Origin: Octopus vulgaris
Taxonomy: Eukaryota
Assembly: GCA_951406725.2 (NCBI GenBank)
Contig: OX597819.1
Coordinates: 29,078,001-29,142,000, forward strand
Direction: 5' to 3'
DNA length: 64,000 nt
Shown here: positions 13,388-25,848 of the stretch, piece by piece
Position numbering within the stretch: position 1 is the stretch's first letter
Layout of the letters: each line of letters begins with the position of its first letter
Made by a program: the position numbers and the translations under genes
The notes under the pieces: model-generated
The model's input: the letters and a program-made list of their open reading frames with translations, nothing else
Told to the model about the DNA's origin: nothing
Databases searched by the model: none

Positions 13388-13780
13388 CATGTGCAAGTGT
13401 GGCTGTGTGGTAAGAAGTTTGTTTCCCAACTATATGGATCCAGGTTCAAACCCACTGTGTGGCACCAAGTGCAAGAGTCTTTTACAATAGCCACAGGCTG
13501 ACCAAAACCTTGCGAGTGGATTTGGTAGATGGAAACTGAAATAACCCCATCGTATATATATGCGTGTGTACCTCTGTGTCCATGTTTGTGCCCCAACCAC
13601 CCACCTACCCATTGCTTAACAACTGGTGTTGTGTGTTTATGTCCTTGTAACTTAGCAGTTCAGTAAAATGGACCAATAGGATAAATACCACGACTTTAAA
13701 AAAACAAGAACTAGGGTCAATTCTTCAAGGTGGTGCTCCAGCATGGCTGCAGTGTAATGACTTGAAACAAGTAAAAGCTA
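13388..13780 (+). mobile_element. SINE family A
   Basis: Head, core and 3' tail all match the family. Confidence 0.88.
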
Positions 13781-14104
13781 AAACATTTTGTTGTCTATTT
13801 GTACATGCTCTTGCTGACTTTTGCTGGTTTTGAACTACTGACTTTATGTTTTAAGTATTCCCATAAAAGATAGTTTAGTGTTGGGAAGTTTGAATACAGA
13901 GGGTATTCTACTGAACTTCCATATCCAATCCACCTGGTTGGCAAAATTTCAACACGGTAGAGGCCCTTATATTATTATGGTAGTGTGGAGCTATTCCAGC
14001 TTGCCGGAAATAAGACTTCAATTCCTCAAAGACATTCTGAATGCTTTGTATGACAGATTATCACAGCAAGTTCAAGTAAATAGGACCAGTCACAGAACAA
14101 TCAA

Positions 14105-14462
14105 AACAGGCATGGCTGTATGGTAAGAAGCTTGCTTCCCAACCATATGGTTTTGGGTTCAATATCACTGCGTAGCACCTTGGGTAGGTGTCTTCCACTA
14201 TAGCCTCAAGGCAACCAAAGCCTTGTGAGTGGCTATATGTGTGTGTGTGTGTGTGTGTGTCTGCTTGTCCCACCATCACTGCTTGACAAATGGTGTTGGT
14301 GTGCTTACATCCCTGTAACTTAGCGGTTCAGCAAAAGAGACCAATAGAATAAGTACTAGGCATAAAAAATAAGTTCTGGGGTTGATTCGTTCGACTAAAA
14401 TCCTTCAAGGTGGTGCTTCAGCATGGCTATAGTCAAATGACTAAAACATAAAAGAAAAGAAT
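14105..14462 (+). mobile_element. SINE family A
   Basis: Head, core, (TG)n and tail CAGCATGGCTATAGTCAAATGACTAAAAC. Confidence 0.88.
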
Positions 14463-14839
14463 AAACGAATTGTCCAATTAATCATTTTGATGATAAGGCT
14501 CCTAGTAACCATGCCATTACTCCTACTGGGATTAACACAATATTCCCCTGTACATGTGTTTTTAGGTCCCTAGTAGGTGCAATTCCTCATCATCTTCATC
14601 CAGTGTTTTAAATCCTGGTTTTGTCCTTGTTAATGGGGGGTGGCTAGATCTACCTCAATGCCATAGCAACTGCCCTCAAACTATCTCACCATCTTGCCCT
14701 GTTTTGGGCATCCTCCCTTCTCAAGCCAACCCTCCCAATCTCCTCCTCCATGTTTTCCTCTGTCTACCTCACTTTCTCGGTCCATTTACCTCACATGGTG
14801 GCAATTGTGGTGGTTAATTGAACCATTTAATTCTCATGT

Positions 14840-15110
14840 AGTGTTATCGATAGGCTTAACTCATCGTAAAGTCAATACCACCATGACTGATAGCCAATCT
14901 ACAGTGGAGAAGGCTAGCCACTGGATTTGGTTAAAAAGAGATGATGAGCGATGGCTAGAAGTATATTGAGTTCTTCATAACCAGCTGATCTAGCAAGCGG
15001 GGCCTCATATCAGTGAGGGGGGCCGGTGCGCATTGATGCCGTCGAGAGGTAGGCCCTGAAACGGCGCGCATTCTCTCCTGATGACCCCATACACTTGCTA
15101 GCTTCTGGTA
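14840..15110 (+). mobile_element. HERO-clade (RLE) non-LTR retrotransposon, 5'-truncated 3' end
   Basis: ORF C-terminus LSIGLTHRKVNTTMTDSQSTVEKASHWIWLKRDDERWLEVY* (stop 14967-14969) matches the HERO AExxSxWxWxKR..W terminus; GC/CpG-rich 3' UTR. Confidence 0.8.
15025..15092 (+). ncRNA. candidate non-circularly permuted hammerhead ribozyme
   Basis: GUC at 15041-15043; GAAA at 15058-15061; stem III GCCGU(15038-42)/ACGGC(15061-65); stem I GAGAG(15044-48)/CUCUC(15073-77) immediately before CUGAUGA (15078-84). Confidence 0.72.
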
Positions 15111-15714
15111 TATGGAGCTTTTAACTGGTAGCACTTGCATGTGCAAGTTGTTTGCAAGACACGACATTGTTGGAAAGTGTACATCTTATATACATCTTGC
15201 TAAGTACTATTTGAAAAAGCCCACTTGCTGGCCTTGATCATCTTCATTGAAAGCTTGGAGTATTCTTGTAAAGATTTTATTGAACTTTGGTCATATGTTT
15301 CTAGTACCCTTTCTTGCTTTGTGGTGCTTCATATCTGTGGCCATCTGGAACATTTCTTACAAACATTCTAGGCAGTTTTCTCTGCTTCAAGCTAAGCTCT
15401 AATTCAACTGATGGTAAGTCAGTAGGTGAATATTTGAAATTCCCTCTCATACTGTCTTTACCCTTTGACTGCATTTTCAAACTTACAAAGCACTTTTGGA
15501 TAAATTTCATTTGTTGAAAGCTTAGTCTTGCTTCCTTCATTATTTCTAATGCATAAATATAAAAAGAAAGAAAATTAACTGAGTTATCAGCTTTTAAAAT
15601 GTGTATGCACTTCTTTTTAGTTGGGGAACAAAACACTGACCACTTTGAATCTTGCCAACTAAGTAGAGTACACTCTACTGAGGAAGTCTAATAATATAGA
15701 AACATGTCCAAGAG

Positions 15715-16055
15715 TGATTGTCACCGCATTGCCTTACCAGCACTTGTGCTGGTGGCTTGTGAAATATTCGAGCAAGGTCGTCGCCAGTGCCACTGGACTA
15801 ACTTTTGTGCAGGCGGCACGTAAAAAAGCACCATTTGGGCGTGGCCATTGTCAGTACCACCAAACTGGCCCTCGTGCCGGTGGTATGTAAAAGCACCCAC
15901 TACACTCTCGGAGTGGTTGGTGTTAGGAAGAGCATCCAGCTGTAGAAACTCTGCCAGATCAGATTTGAGTCTGGTTCGCCAGACCTCAGTCAAATCGTCC
16001 AACCCATGCTAGCATGGAAAGCGAACGTTAAATGATGATGATGATGATGATGATG
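15715..16055 (+). mobile_element. RTE-tail element (family C)
   Basis: About 2.5 copies of the 66-bp unit plus conserved tail and (GAT)7. Confidence 0.88.
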
Positions 16056-16354
16056 TTCAGTTCTTTCACCAGTTGGTTTGAAAAACTAAATCCACTCCTG
16101 TATGTTGTATAAACACTTTGTTAAACTGATTTTAGTGACATGGCCCCCTCCCTTTGCTTGTTGTTTTCGAAGGGAGTTTTTTGTCCACTAATTGCTAGGA
16201 TAATCCTAATGGAAAGAGTTATTTTTAACTCACCATGTTACATATGTGAGCCCCTACTCTATCTGTATTTAATGTACAGAACACTCTCCTGAGGTACTTT
16301 CTTTCAGCCATTTCATTATTGCTATAGGCCATCAGTTATAGAAACACCTCATAA

Positions 16355-16580
16355 TGGAAGCAACAATTTCAACAGACAGCAACGAAGCATCTCTAAAAGA
16401 ACTGAGGAAAATCTGAATTTACGAAGAGTTGCAAATAGAGTTATGCAGAATATAGGGGAAACAGAGGGCTATGTCCATAATAATAGGTGCCTTGGGAATG
16501 ATATTAAAAACATAATAAATACAGACAAATACTTGAGCAACAGAATGGGGACACTAGTATGCACTCATACACACATTTCA
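16355..16580 (+). mobile_element. R4/Dong-like LINE, C-terminal RLE fragment
   Basis: SLKELRKI*IYEELQIELCRI*GKQRAMSIIIGALGMI resembles the R4 KExEKxxKYxxLxxExxRxW..PIIxGALG motif. Confidence 0.7.
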
Positions 16581-17132
16581 TAACACATATTTCATAACAC
16601 ACATTCAATACAACAGTAAAGCAAGAATAAAACACAGTACATATCTAATGAACACAGAAATGTGCATGGATAGCTAGTGAAAGAATGGAATAAAAATTAT
16701 AATGTAGGTAATAATAACAATAATAACATTAATGGCTTGCGATTTTAACAAATACTACATACATATTTATAAGTGTATGCATATATATATATATATATAT
16801 ACAAATCTATCTATCTGTATATGTATACATATCTATCTATCTATATAATCTATCTATAACTCTCTCTCTTTACATATATATATATATAGCCATCTAAGTA
16901 TCTATAAGTCAGAGAAAATATGCACTTGTATATTTGTCAATAGAGTGGGTATATAAATCAAAGTGTACAGTATTATATATCCATCCATTATGGCCAATCT
17001 TACCAATTCGGATTTGCACCTAATAGTAAGATCGTCCATAATGGATATACTGTACACTTCACTATACACACACACACACACACATATATATACATACATA
17101 CAGAGAGAGACGGGGGGGAGATAAATATAGAA

Positions 17133-17201
<69 letters not shown>

Positions 17202-17224
17202 GGTATTCAGACATATGTATATAT

Positions 17225-17675
17225 ATTTGTGTGTGATTAAGAAGCTGACTTCACAACCATGTGGTTTCAGGTTCAGTTCCACTTCACACAATGTTAGGCA
17301 AGCATCTTTTTAAGCTTCAGGCCACAGTTGTAGACACTTGTGAGTGGATTTGGTAGATGGAAACTGAAAGAAACCTGCCATGTTTGTGTGTGAGTGTGTG
17401 TGTGTGTGCATGTGTATGTATATATGCATACACACACATACATGTATATTTGTGTGCGTGTCTCTTTGTCTTTACATTGCATGATCATTGCCACACAAAC
17501 AATGCCTTTGAATTCCAGTCTTCCATAGAAACATATCCAGCCACAGGGCAATATCACTTTGCTTGATAACAGGTGAGGGATTGGCAACAAGAAGACAATA
17601 GTAAATTTCTTTCAACAAATTCTGTCTGACTCAAGTAAGCATGGAACAGTGGATGCTAAAATGATGAGGATGCTA
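17225..17675 (+). mobile_element. SINE family A 5' part plus family-C-type tail
   Basis: GTGAGTGGATTTGGTAGATGGAAACTGAAAG core; tail AAGCATGGAACAGTGGATGCTAAAATGATGA. Confidence 0.7.
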
Positions 17676-18538
17676 TTCATATTGCATATGTTTCACAAAA
17701 CTGTTCATCTGAGCTTGTGTTGAGAATAATAACGTGTTTTGAAGGAATTTTCTTTGTCCATAATTTTCTTTTAAATAGAATCAAAAATGATCCTTTGCAA
17801 ACACTATGTTTGTTGATGTATATCTATGCATACTATGTTTGTTATATATGTATAATGCATATATTTGTGTATATATTTGTTAATATGTTCATTTCACACA
17901 CACACACACACACATACATTTGATTTTTTTATGGTTGAAAGAACAAATTGTGTGCAGCGTGCTTCTTTGAAGTTCATCAACAAAATTATGGTAGATATTA
18001 CAGAAGATCATATAAAGGATTAAGATTGCTACTTATTTTGTATTTTGTCTACTAACTTTATAAGGAAATAAAGGACAAGAAGATTACAGCATACATGCTT
18101 TGTTGCTTTTTTTCCTTCTTTCTTTATCATGCCATGATCTAAAATTGTGGTTAAAGTTACTTTATGGAACCATTCCTCATAATCATGTAAAAAGAAAATG
18201 TGATGATATTCAAATTCGAGAACAATACAGAATTTGCTTCTGAATGAATGAGGAATTTGCTATCAAAATAAAATAGTTGGCAACGGAGAAAGGAAAAGTC
18301 TGATATAAGTGGGAAAAGAAAGCAAAGATAAAAGAATTGTATGGCATTCAAGTAGTTTTGGATCAATGGTTTTCCTATTGCCTGATCAGATCTGAATAAA
18401 TATCAGGAATTTAATACAGAAATTATTGAAGAATGAAACTGCATTTGTTCTATCTGCATGTATGGATTCAATATTCAGTTGAGTTTTTGGCTACAATATT
18501 TCCTCTTCTCAGAATTTAACATTTCTCTTACTTCCCAC

Positions 18539-18760
<222 letters not shown>

Positions 18761-19329
18761 TTTGTTTCTTAATATGTAACATCTAAGACATCTTACAAAA
18801 TTTAAAGTGTAAAATGGCATGCAATAAAACAAAAGGTTATATACAAGTTATACTAATGTAGAGTGCATTATGCGATGGGGGTTGGAGCATAAGCTTAAGC
18901 AAATTCTAACATACATATATACATTGTATGCACTACTTAACTAGTTTGATAGGCAAGTAGCATGAAAACAACTAACCTTTATTTCTAATATTATCCTATT
19001 GTGGTCGATCAAGTGGCAATTCTCCTAAGCATACTATGCAGTGTCAACTCTGCTTCATATTCAATTGTCATTGGTTCAATCCTTCTTTGCCTAAAGATTT
19101 CACTTTTCTTTTTTGTTTTTTCACATGGTTTAATCAGGAGGAAGGACACACCCACAACTTCTCTCAGAACCTCTGATACTGGTACTAAGAGGAAAGAAGA
19201 AATTTATTCAGACTAGAAACCCAATTGGCTAAAATCAACTAGGGGTCAGGTGTTGGTACTAAACTAAGTAAAGGATTAAGTATGCTACCCCAAAACAGGA
19301 ATGGCCCCTTGGAGAGCTTCAACACAGTT

Positions 19330-19635
19330 CCCATCAACCAAATTTCACTCAAAGTCTTTGGTCCCTTCCTTACCCAACTGTCATCCTCCCTACACTTCAC
19401 ATGCTACATCTGATTCCTCTTATGCTAAGTTCTTCTCTCAGCTCATTTGAGCTGCCATTCACTCATACATGCTATCATTTACATTTGTGGAAAATGATTA
19501 CTTCTTTTCAACTTTTGTACATCCTCTGTATTCAGTGTGTATGTTTCGCTACCATGCAATGCCACACTTCATACACAAGTATGATACAATATGCCATTCA
19601 CTTCAAGGCAGAAACTGGTGTTACGAGCAGAAGAA
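19330..19635 (-). mobile_element. RTE LINE C-terminal fragment
   Basis: Minus strand LYHTCV*SVALHGSETYTLNTEDVQKL..ELREELSIRGIRC, same family as 3700-3900. Confidence 0.75.
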
Positions 19636-22600
19636 AAAGCTCATTGAACGTTTTCAATAGAATTACATAATGGCAATAAAGGCACTTATTTATTGGCCAA
19701 ATATGGAAGAGAAATAATGTGCACATGTATGAATATGTTATGCGATTCAACAGTAGTATATGGTATCAAATGTGAATATGTGCTGCTTAGTTTGATGTAG
19801 GTTTTGAATAATTTATTTTGCAAGTTCTCAAGAAAATTAAACAGTAAAAGAAAAAAATGTAAGAAGATTCATAATATAGGTACATTGCAACTTTTAAAGT
19901 ATGAAAAAAATGTAAGTTAAATTGATGCTGATAATGGTAACAACAATATTGTGGAAGTTTGTAGTCTTATATTGATTAAGATATAATCAAGAAAATACTT
20001 GATAAGGTGTTTAAGTTGATGCCAAATTGTTATAAATGAGCTAAAAATATGCAGACAATAAAATAGCGTGAACTTTAAAAATGAAGCAAATACAAAGCCA
20101 AAAATATCAGATATCTTAAAATTACTTGGGGTGATAGATATTTAAATATTCTGTTTTTGACCATTTTTTTTTTTTGTCTTCTGTTTTTTTCAATGGAAAA
20201 TGTAAATTTTCTGCACTGATAGAGAATTATAGCCATACTTCAAAAATTATTTCTAAACTGTATTTCAAAATTATGGGCTCTTTGGCCTAAATATTTTCTT
20301 CAATTTATGACATGCATCAAAAATTTTTCTTCACGGCTTGATCAGTTTGAAACCATAAAAGATACCGTCTTAAAGAGCAGAGTGCAAATGATAGAGATGA
20401 AAGCTGATAAATGTTTCATGAAGCATAGTAACCAATCTTGGGAAGTGTATAGCAGTAATGATATTATTTAAAGTGTTGAAAGAAGGAAACCTAATCTAGT
20501 GAAGCAAATAAAAGAGGGTACAAATCAAAGGCAAAGGATTTTTATAAAAAGGTTTTTATAAAAGAATAAAAACATAAAAATGAAGACAAAAGAGGGAAAA
20601 AAATATCGAATTGAACTAAATGTTTTTCCTTCTTTTCTTTACTGTAAACTTTGGAGATCAAGCACTGATTTAAAGAAATTTTGAAGAAGAGCAGAGGGCA
20701 TCGTTCTGAGTTATTTTCTTACTGATGCTGGTGTTCCTGAAATGTAAAGTTCTGAAGGAAGTTCTATTTAGATCAAGCACAAATAGCACTGACACAAATT
20801 ACACAGCTAAGAATTTCTGTAAATTGATCAAATTTCTTTTCCTTTAAAGTTTGTTGTATTAATAGTATCTTCTTTACAGGAGTTACCTTGAGGATTGTAT
20901 TAATACTTATAATGCTGTCATGGGCTCTTTTCTACTTTGATGGAAACAGACTGCATCAAACAAGATGCTTTATATCTATTTTCCATGCCAGCACGGAAAA
21001 CAGATGTAAAAATGATAATGATCAATCAATCGATAGATAGATAGATGCATTCAATCAGATGTACCCATAGACAGGGAGAGACGAATACATATCACTAAAT
21101 ACATTGCTAGACTAATAACTGCATATTGCCAGAGAAAGCAAAATATTTTGCAGTTAAGGAAGCATGAAAAGCTATCTAAATAGTTTTTCAATAATGTTTG
21201 AATATGACTATTTTTTTCGAACTTTGTCTCATAAAATGGAATACCTTTCCTCAAAGACAAATCATACATATCAAATAGAAAAGGCACTAAAATATAAGAA
21301 GAAACTGCTTATTTAATTGCACTGCAACTGAATCTATAAAAGTAGAAATACTTTGTTTCCTCATCAATTCTATTTTCATAATAAATCATAGATATAATTG
21401 CTTTTATCTCTCAGTGAATCAGTGTACAAGAAAAAAAATTATACATATTTTCAAAACTAAGAAACAAAGTAAGGAAAAACACCTACAAAATTTCAATAAT
21501 TGATATATTTTAAGTGAAAAACTTACATAATATCTCAATAACTTTCTCAAAATGATAATACAAGGTCTATTAAGGAATTTGATCAATTTCTGTAATAATT
21601 TGACCTGTTACGAAATTTCTTAATGAAACTAGATATATCAATGTTTTGAAGTAGAAGGTCAAATTTCTATGTGAAATTCTTTGATACATTAACATAGATA
21701 CTTTAATATCATCACAATATCATTTTCCTTTGAAATTGAAATTGACAGCATAATTTTAATAAGGCAAGGAAAAAAATATCAGTACATATAATTAAAATAA
21801 GGAAAACGAAGTGGAGGTAAGTGATATTGCATATCACAGGTATGAAGGAAGAATAAAAGCTTGTTAAAAACAAAATGAATATATGTACAATAGCTAGAAC
21901 TATTCATACAACATGGAATGTTATGGAACTTAATATGTATCACTATTTCTCCAATTAAGGTTCCTTTATGATGTTCTTCCTGTATCTAAGTATAATATTT
22001 TTGAAGCTCACTTTTAATAAACCTACTTGCACAAATTACTAGACATTTTGTCAACAGTTTTATGTATCCTCCAGACAACCCTAACATTTAAAACATTGTA
22101 TAGAAGATTAATTTGTATATTATACAGTATTTCCATTGTTGTGATCAAGAACGTCCCCAGTAGGCAACATGGATTGAACTTTAATCTTACATGAACATCA
22201 GCTAATGAAAATGCAGTCTTTGATAATATCATTTGGCAATCTGTTATTATAAAAAAGCATCTTTGTGAGCAGATCTTTTGCATATTGCATCAATTAGCAC
22301 TAAAAGATACAGCAAGCAATAAAATGCAAGCATTTATTCAGTAGTGTAGCCATTCTATTATTAAACTGGCTAAGTGAAGCAAAATTATATATATTAAGAC
22401 AATAAACAAATTAATGTCATTAGGGTTACGAAAATAATTAGCTGTACATAAAAACCATTCACCTCATGCATATAATGATTAATTGCAGATATAATTAGCT
22501 AGAGAAAAAGCCATAAACTATTTAGGTACTAAATAATTAGGTGTAATAGATATAAAACAATTATCTGCAATGAGAGCCTAAACTAATTAGTCACAATAGA

Positions 22601-22989
22601 CATTAAAAAATTACCAGTGATAGACTTTCAACTTATCAATATATCTAACTAATTATTGTCATAATATAGTCAAGTCAACCAATAGCATTTACTCTTAACT
22701 TTAAGCCAATCAATGGTTCCCAACAAAAAGAAAAAATCTAACTGTTCCTGTAATTAATAACGATTGTTTGTTTAATAAAGATATAGTAATTAACTCAAAC
22801 CAAACAATGTTACCTTGTTTAGTTGAGAAAGTGCTTGTTAAGAACAGGTGTTCCCCAATTTTTTCATCGGGTGTACTACTCCTTCATCATGTCTGGCAAT
22901 ATTGACGTATTGGATGTGAAGAATACAGTGCGACATGGTTGGATAACAAACAACAGAAAATAATCATGAATAATTTGTTATGAATTTAA

Positions 22990-23140
22990 TTCAAAGAGTT
23001 CAAATTCTGCCATGGCCAACTTTGCCTGTCCCCATTCTTGCATCAATAGAATAAAGTGTCAGTCAAGACCAGAGACTGATTTTACCCATTGTTCCCTCAC
23101 CCCAAATTTCTACATTCGTACCTTACCTATGCAAGAAATA
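22990..23140 (+). mobile_element. SINE family B, degenerate
   Basis: GAGTTCAAATTCTGCC..ACTTTGCC. Confidence 0.6.
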
Positions 23141-23235
23141 AATTTCATTTAATTTAATGTTACATCTTTAATGAAACGGTTGAACTTGGTTCTTTTTAAT
23201 AAGTAACTTAATTCCAAGAATTTTCAAAGAGCCAT

Positions 23236-23625
23236 ATCATTTTTATCATTTTATCTAGTTTCAGCTCACGAGCTGTGGCCATGCTGGGGCACTGCCATTC
23301 GGTGTTGCTACATGATTTTACTTCACGAATGCTTTTTAGCAATTGACATTTGGTGCATGAGAGAGTTCGATGCAGCTGCCCTCATCTGCACCTCCTGCCG
23401 TGAAGTTGGTTCATCTGGGACACCTGACAGGAAGAGATCCAGTTTTATTTTAAAGACATCTGCATCACCCCATCAAGGTCTGTCAGGTCCTTCGGGAGGA
23501 TATTGAAGAGCTGTGGACCTCTGAAGCCCAGGCTATCACAGTATCTTGTCCTACATCTTGATGGCAAACTTGGAGTCCTTGGCACTATGCAGTGGCGCCC
23601 AGTTCTAGTATTTGTGTAACCATAC
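23236..23625 (-). mobile_element. CR1-group LINE 3' end
   Basis: Minus strand RTGRHCIVP..SLGFRGPQLFNILPKDL..LDLFLSGVPDEP..RAAASNSL; 3' tail CCAGCATGGCCACAGCTCGTGAGCTGAAAC followed by short ATAAAATG-like repeats. Confidence 0.85.
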
Positions 23626-23832
23626 CTGCACATCATTCTCTTGATTGTCTTGCATGAAATTTGTTTTTGGTTAAAAACACAGATGAATACCTTATTTATG
23701 ATTCTAAGAGGATAGGAACTGCAAAAAGATCCTCCAGATATTTTCTAGACACATGACTTATGGTTAGTTAGTTGTGATGGCACTCTAGCTCTTGGGTAGA
23801 CAATAAAGCAACAGAACAGTAATAAACGCAAT

Positions 23833-24264
23833 CCTTCATTCTATAGGAATAAAGTCTGAAATTTTTGGGGAAGAGTCTAGTTGATTTCATTGACCCCACT
23901 GCTCAACTGGCACTTATTTTCTTAACCCTGAAAGGACAAAAGTCAAAGTTGATATTAGCAGCATTTGAATTCAGAATTTAAAGATGGGTGTAATGCTGCT
24001 AAGCATTTTGTCTAGCGTGCTTATCATTCTGCCAGCTCAAGAATACACCAATATTGATTTCAAATATTGACACAAAGCCAGCAATCTTAGGGGAAGGGAT
24101 AAGTCAACTGTATTAACCCCAGTGTTCAACTGATACTTTACTGACCCCGAAAGGATGAAAGGCAAAGTCAATGCAGGTGGAATTTGAACTCAGAATGTAA
24201 AGACGGATGAAATGCCATTAGGTATTTTGCTTGGTGTGCTAATGATTCTACCAGCTCACAACCT
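23833..24264 (-). mobile_element. two tandem SINE family B copies
   Basis: Cores at ~23925 and ~24145, same orientation. Confidence 0.85.
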
Positions 24265-24289
24265 TAGAATATACTAATATTGGACGGTG

Positions 24290-24605
24290 ACTGGCATAAA
24301 CAAGTACACCTAGACACTTCAGCCTCTGGCCTACAGGCATGCTGTGTCCTCTTTCTGTCTTTTCTACCACCACTACTGTAGGGGCTGAATAGCCCCTAGC
24401 CAACTGTACTAAGATATATTAAACTCACTTAACCCTCCTGTCCTTGTCATCCATATTGTGTCCCCACTTCTCAGGTTCTGCACTAATGACTACATCGATT
24501 CCTTCTTTAGTATGTCATCCCTCTGGAATTCTGCCTTGCCCCTGCAGAAATTGACATTCAACTTTTTAAGAGGAACATTAACCAAACTAACCTCATAGGG
24601 CCAGC
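24290..24605 (+). mobile_element. CR1/Zenon-like LINE 3' fragment
   Basis: PLAYRHAVSSFCLFYHHY..HPYCV..DSFF..SLWNS..QLFKRNIN. Confidence 0.7.
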
Positions 24606-24845
24606 AAAAGCAGTTCCTATCCACTTAGAATCATAAATAAGGTATTCATCTGTGTTTTTAACCAAAAACAAATTTCATGCAAGACAATCAAGAGAATGAT
24701 GTGCAGGTATGGTTACACAAATACTAGAACTGGGCGCCACTGCATAGTGCCAAGGACTCCAAATTTGCCATCAAGATGTAGGACAAGATACTGTGATAGC
24801 CTGGGCTTCAGAGGTCCACAGCTCTTCAGATTAATTCAATAATAA

Positions 24846-25515
24846 TGATTTTTTTGTAATTTAGGCACAAGGCCAGAAAGTTTAGAAGAGAAAGTTGATT
24901 ACATTGACTCCAGTACTTCATTGGTACTTTATTTTATTGCCCCTGTAAAGATGAATGGTAAAGTGACTTCAGCAGGATTTGAACTCAAAAGGTAACAAGT
25001 CAGAAATGCTGCTATGCATTTTATCCAATGTGCTAATGATTTAACCTGCTCACTATCTAATAATAATGCTTTCAAATTCTGGCATAAGGCCAGCAAGTCT
25101 GGGGGAAGGGGTAAGTCGACTTTATTGACCCCAGTGCTCAACTAGCACTTATTTTATTGATCCCAAAAGGCTGAAAGACAAAGTTGGCCTTGGTGGAATT
25201 TGAACTCAGAATGTAAAGACTGACAAGATGCCACTAAGCAATTTCGCCCCATGTACTGACAATTCTGTCAGCTTGCTGCCTTCACTACCTAATAATAATA
25301 ATGGTTCCAAATTTTCCCACAAGGGCAGTAATTTTGGAGGAGGAGATGAGTCAACTACATCAACCCCAGTGTTCAACTGGTACTTATTTTATTGACCCTG
25401 AAAGGATGAAAGGCAAAGTTGACCTTGGCGGAATTTGAACTCAGAACATAGCGACAGGTGAAATACCACTAAACAATTTGTCCAGTGTGCTAACGATTCC
25501 GCCAGCTTGCTGCAT
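24846..25515 (-). mobile_element. three head-to-tail SINE family B copies separated by (AAT)n
   Basis: Copies at ~24846-25055, 25066-25283 and 25301-25515; (AAT)n follows to 25575. Confidence 0.88.
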
Positions 25516-25519
25516 CAAC

Positions 25520-25566
<47 letters not shown>

Positions 25567-25848
25567 TAATAATGATCCACTAACCTGGATCTTTTTCCTC
25601 ATCTACAAATTCATCTTGTTTTTAACATGTATTAACAGTAGAAAAATATGACTAGTAGTTATTCAAGGGTTTTGAAATGATCATTGGAATAGAGAAATGG
25701 TTTATACAGTTTTAGGAAACACTACTATGAAAATAAAAGATAAAAAAAAAAAAATTGATTATTTAGTAATGTATATGCATAGTAATTCTGAGTTGATTGT
25801 AAATCAATGATTAAAATAGTAATACTACATGATTATAAAGCAATACTG

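Larger units (their letters stand above)
23504..24828. repeat. 219-bp inverted repeat (arms 23504-23722 and 24610-24828)
   Basis: Arms are reverse complements with 2 mismatches by manual alignment; 887-bp spacer. Confidence 0.95.

Noticed and set aside
15110-15640. Minus-strand ORF 15301-15636 and a Cys-rich TTCTCKC stretch
   Set aside because: No recognisable domain; multiple stops in the Cys-rich frame; possibly an old transposon but unsupported.
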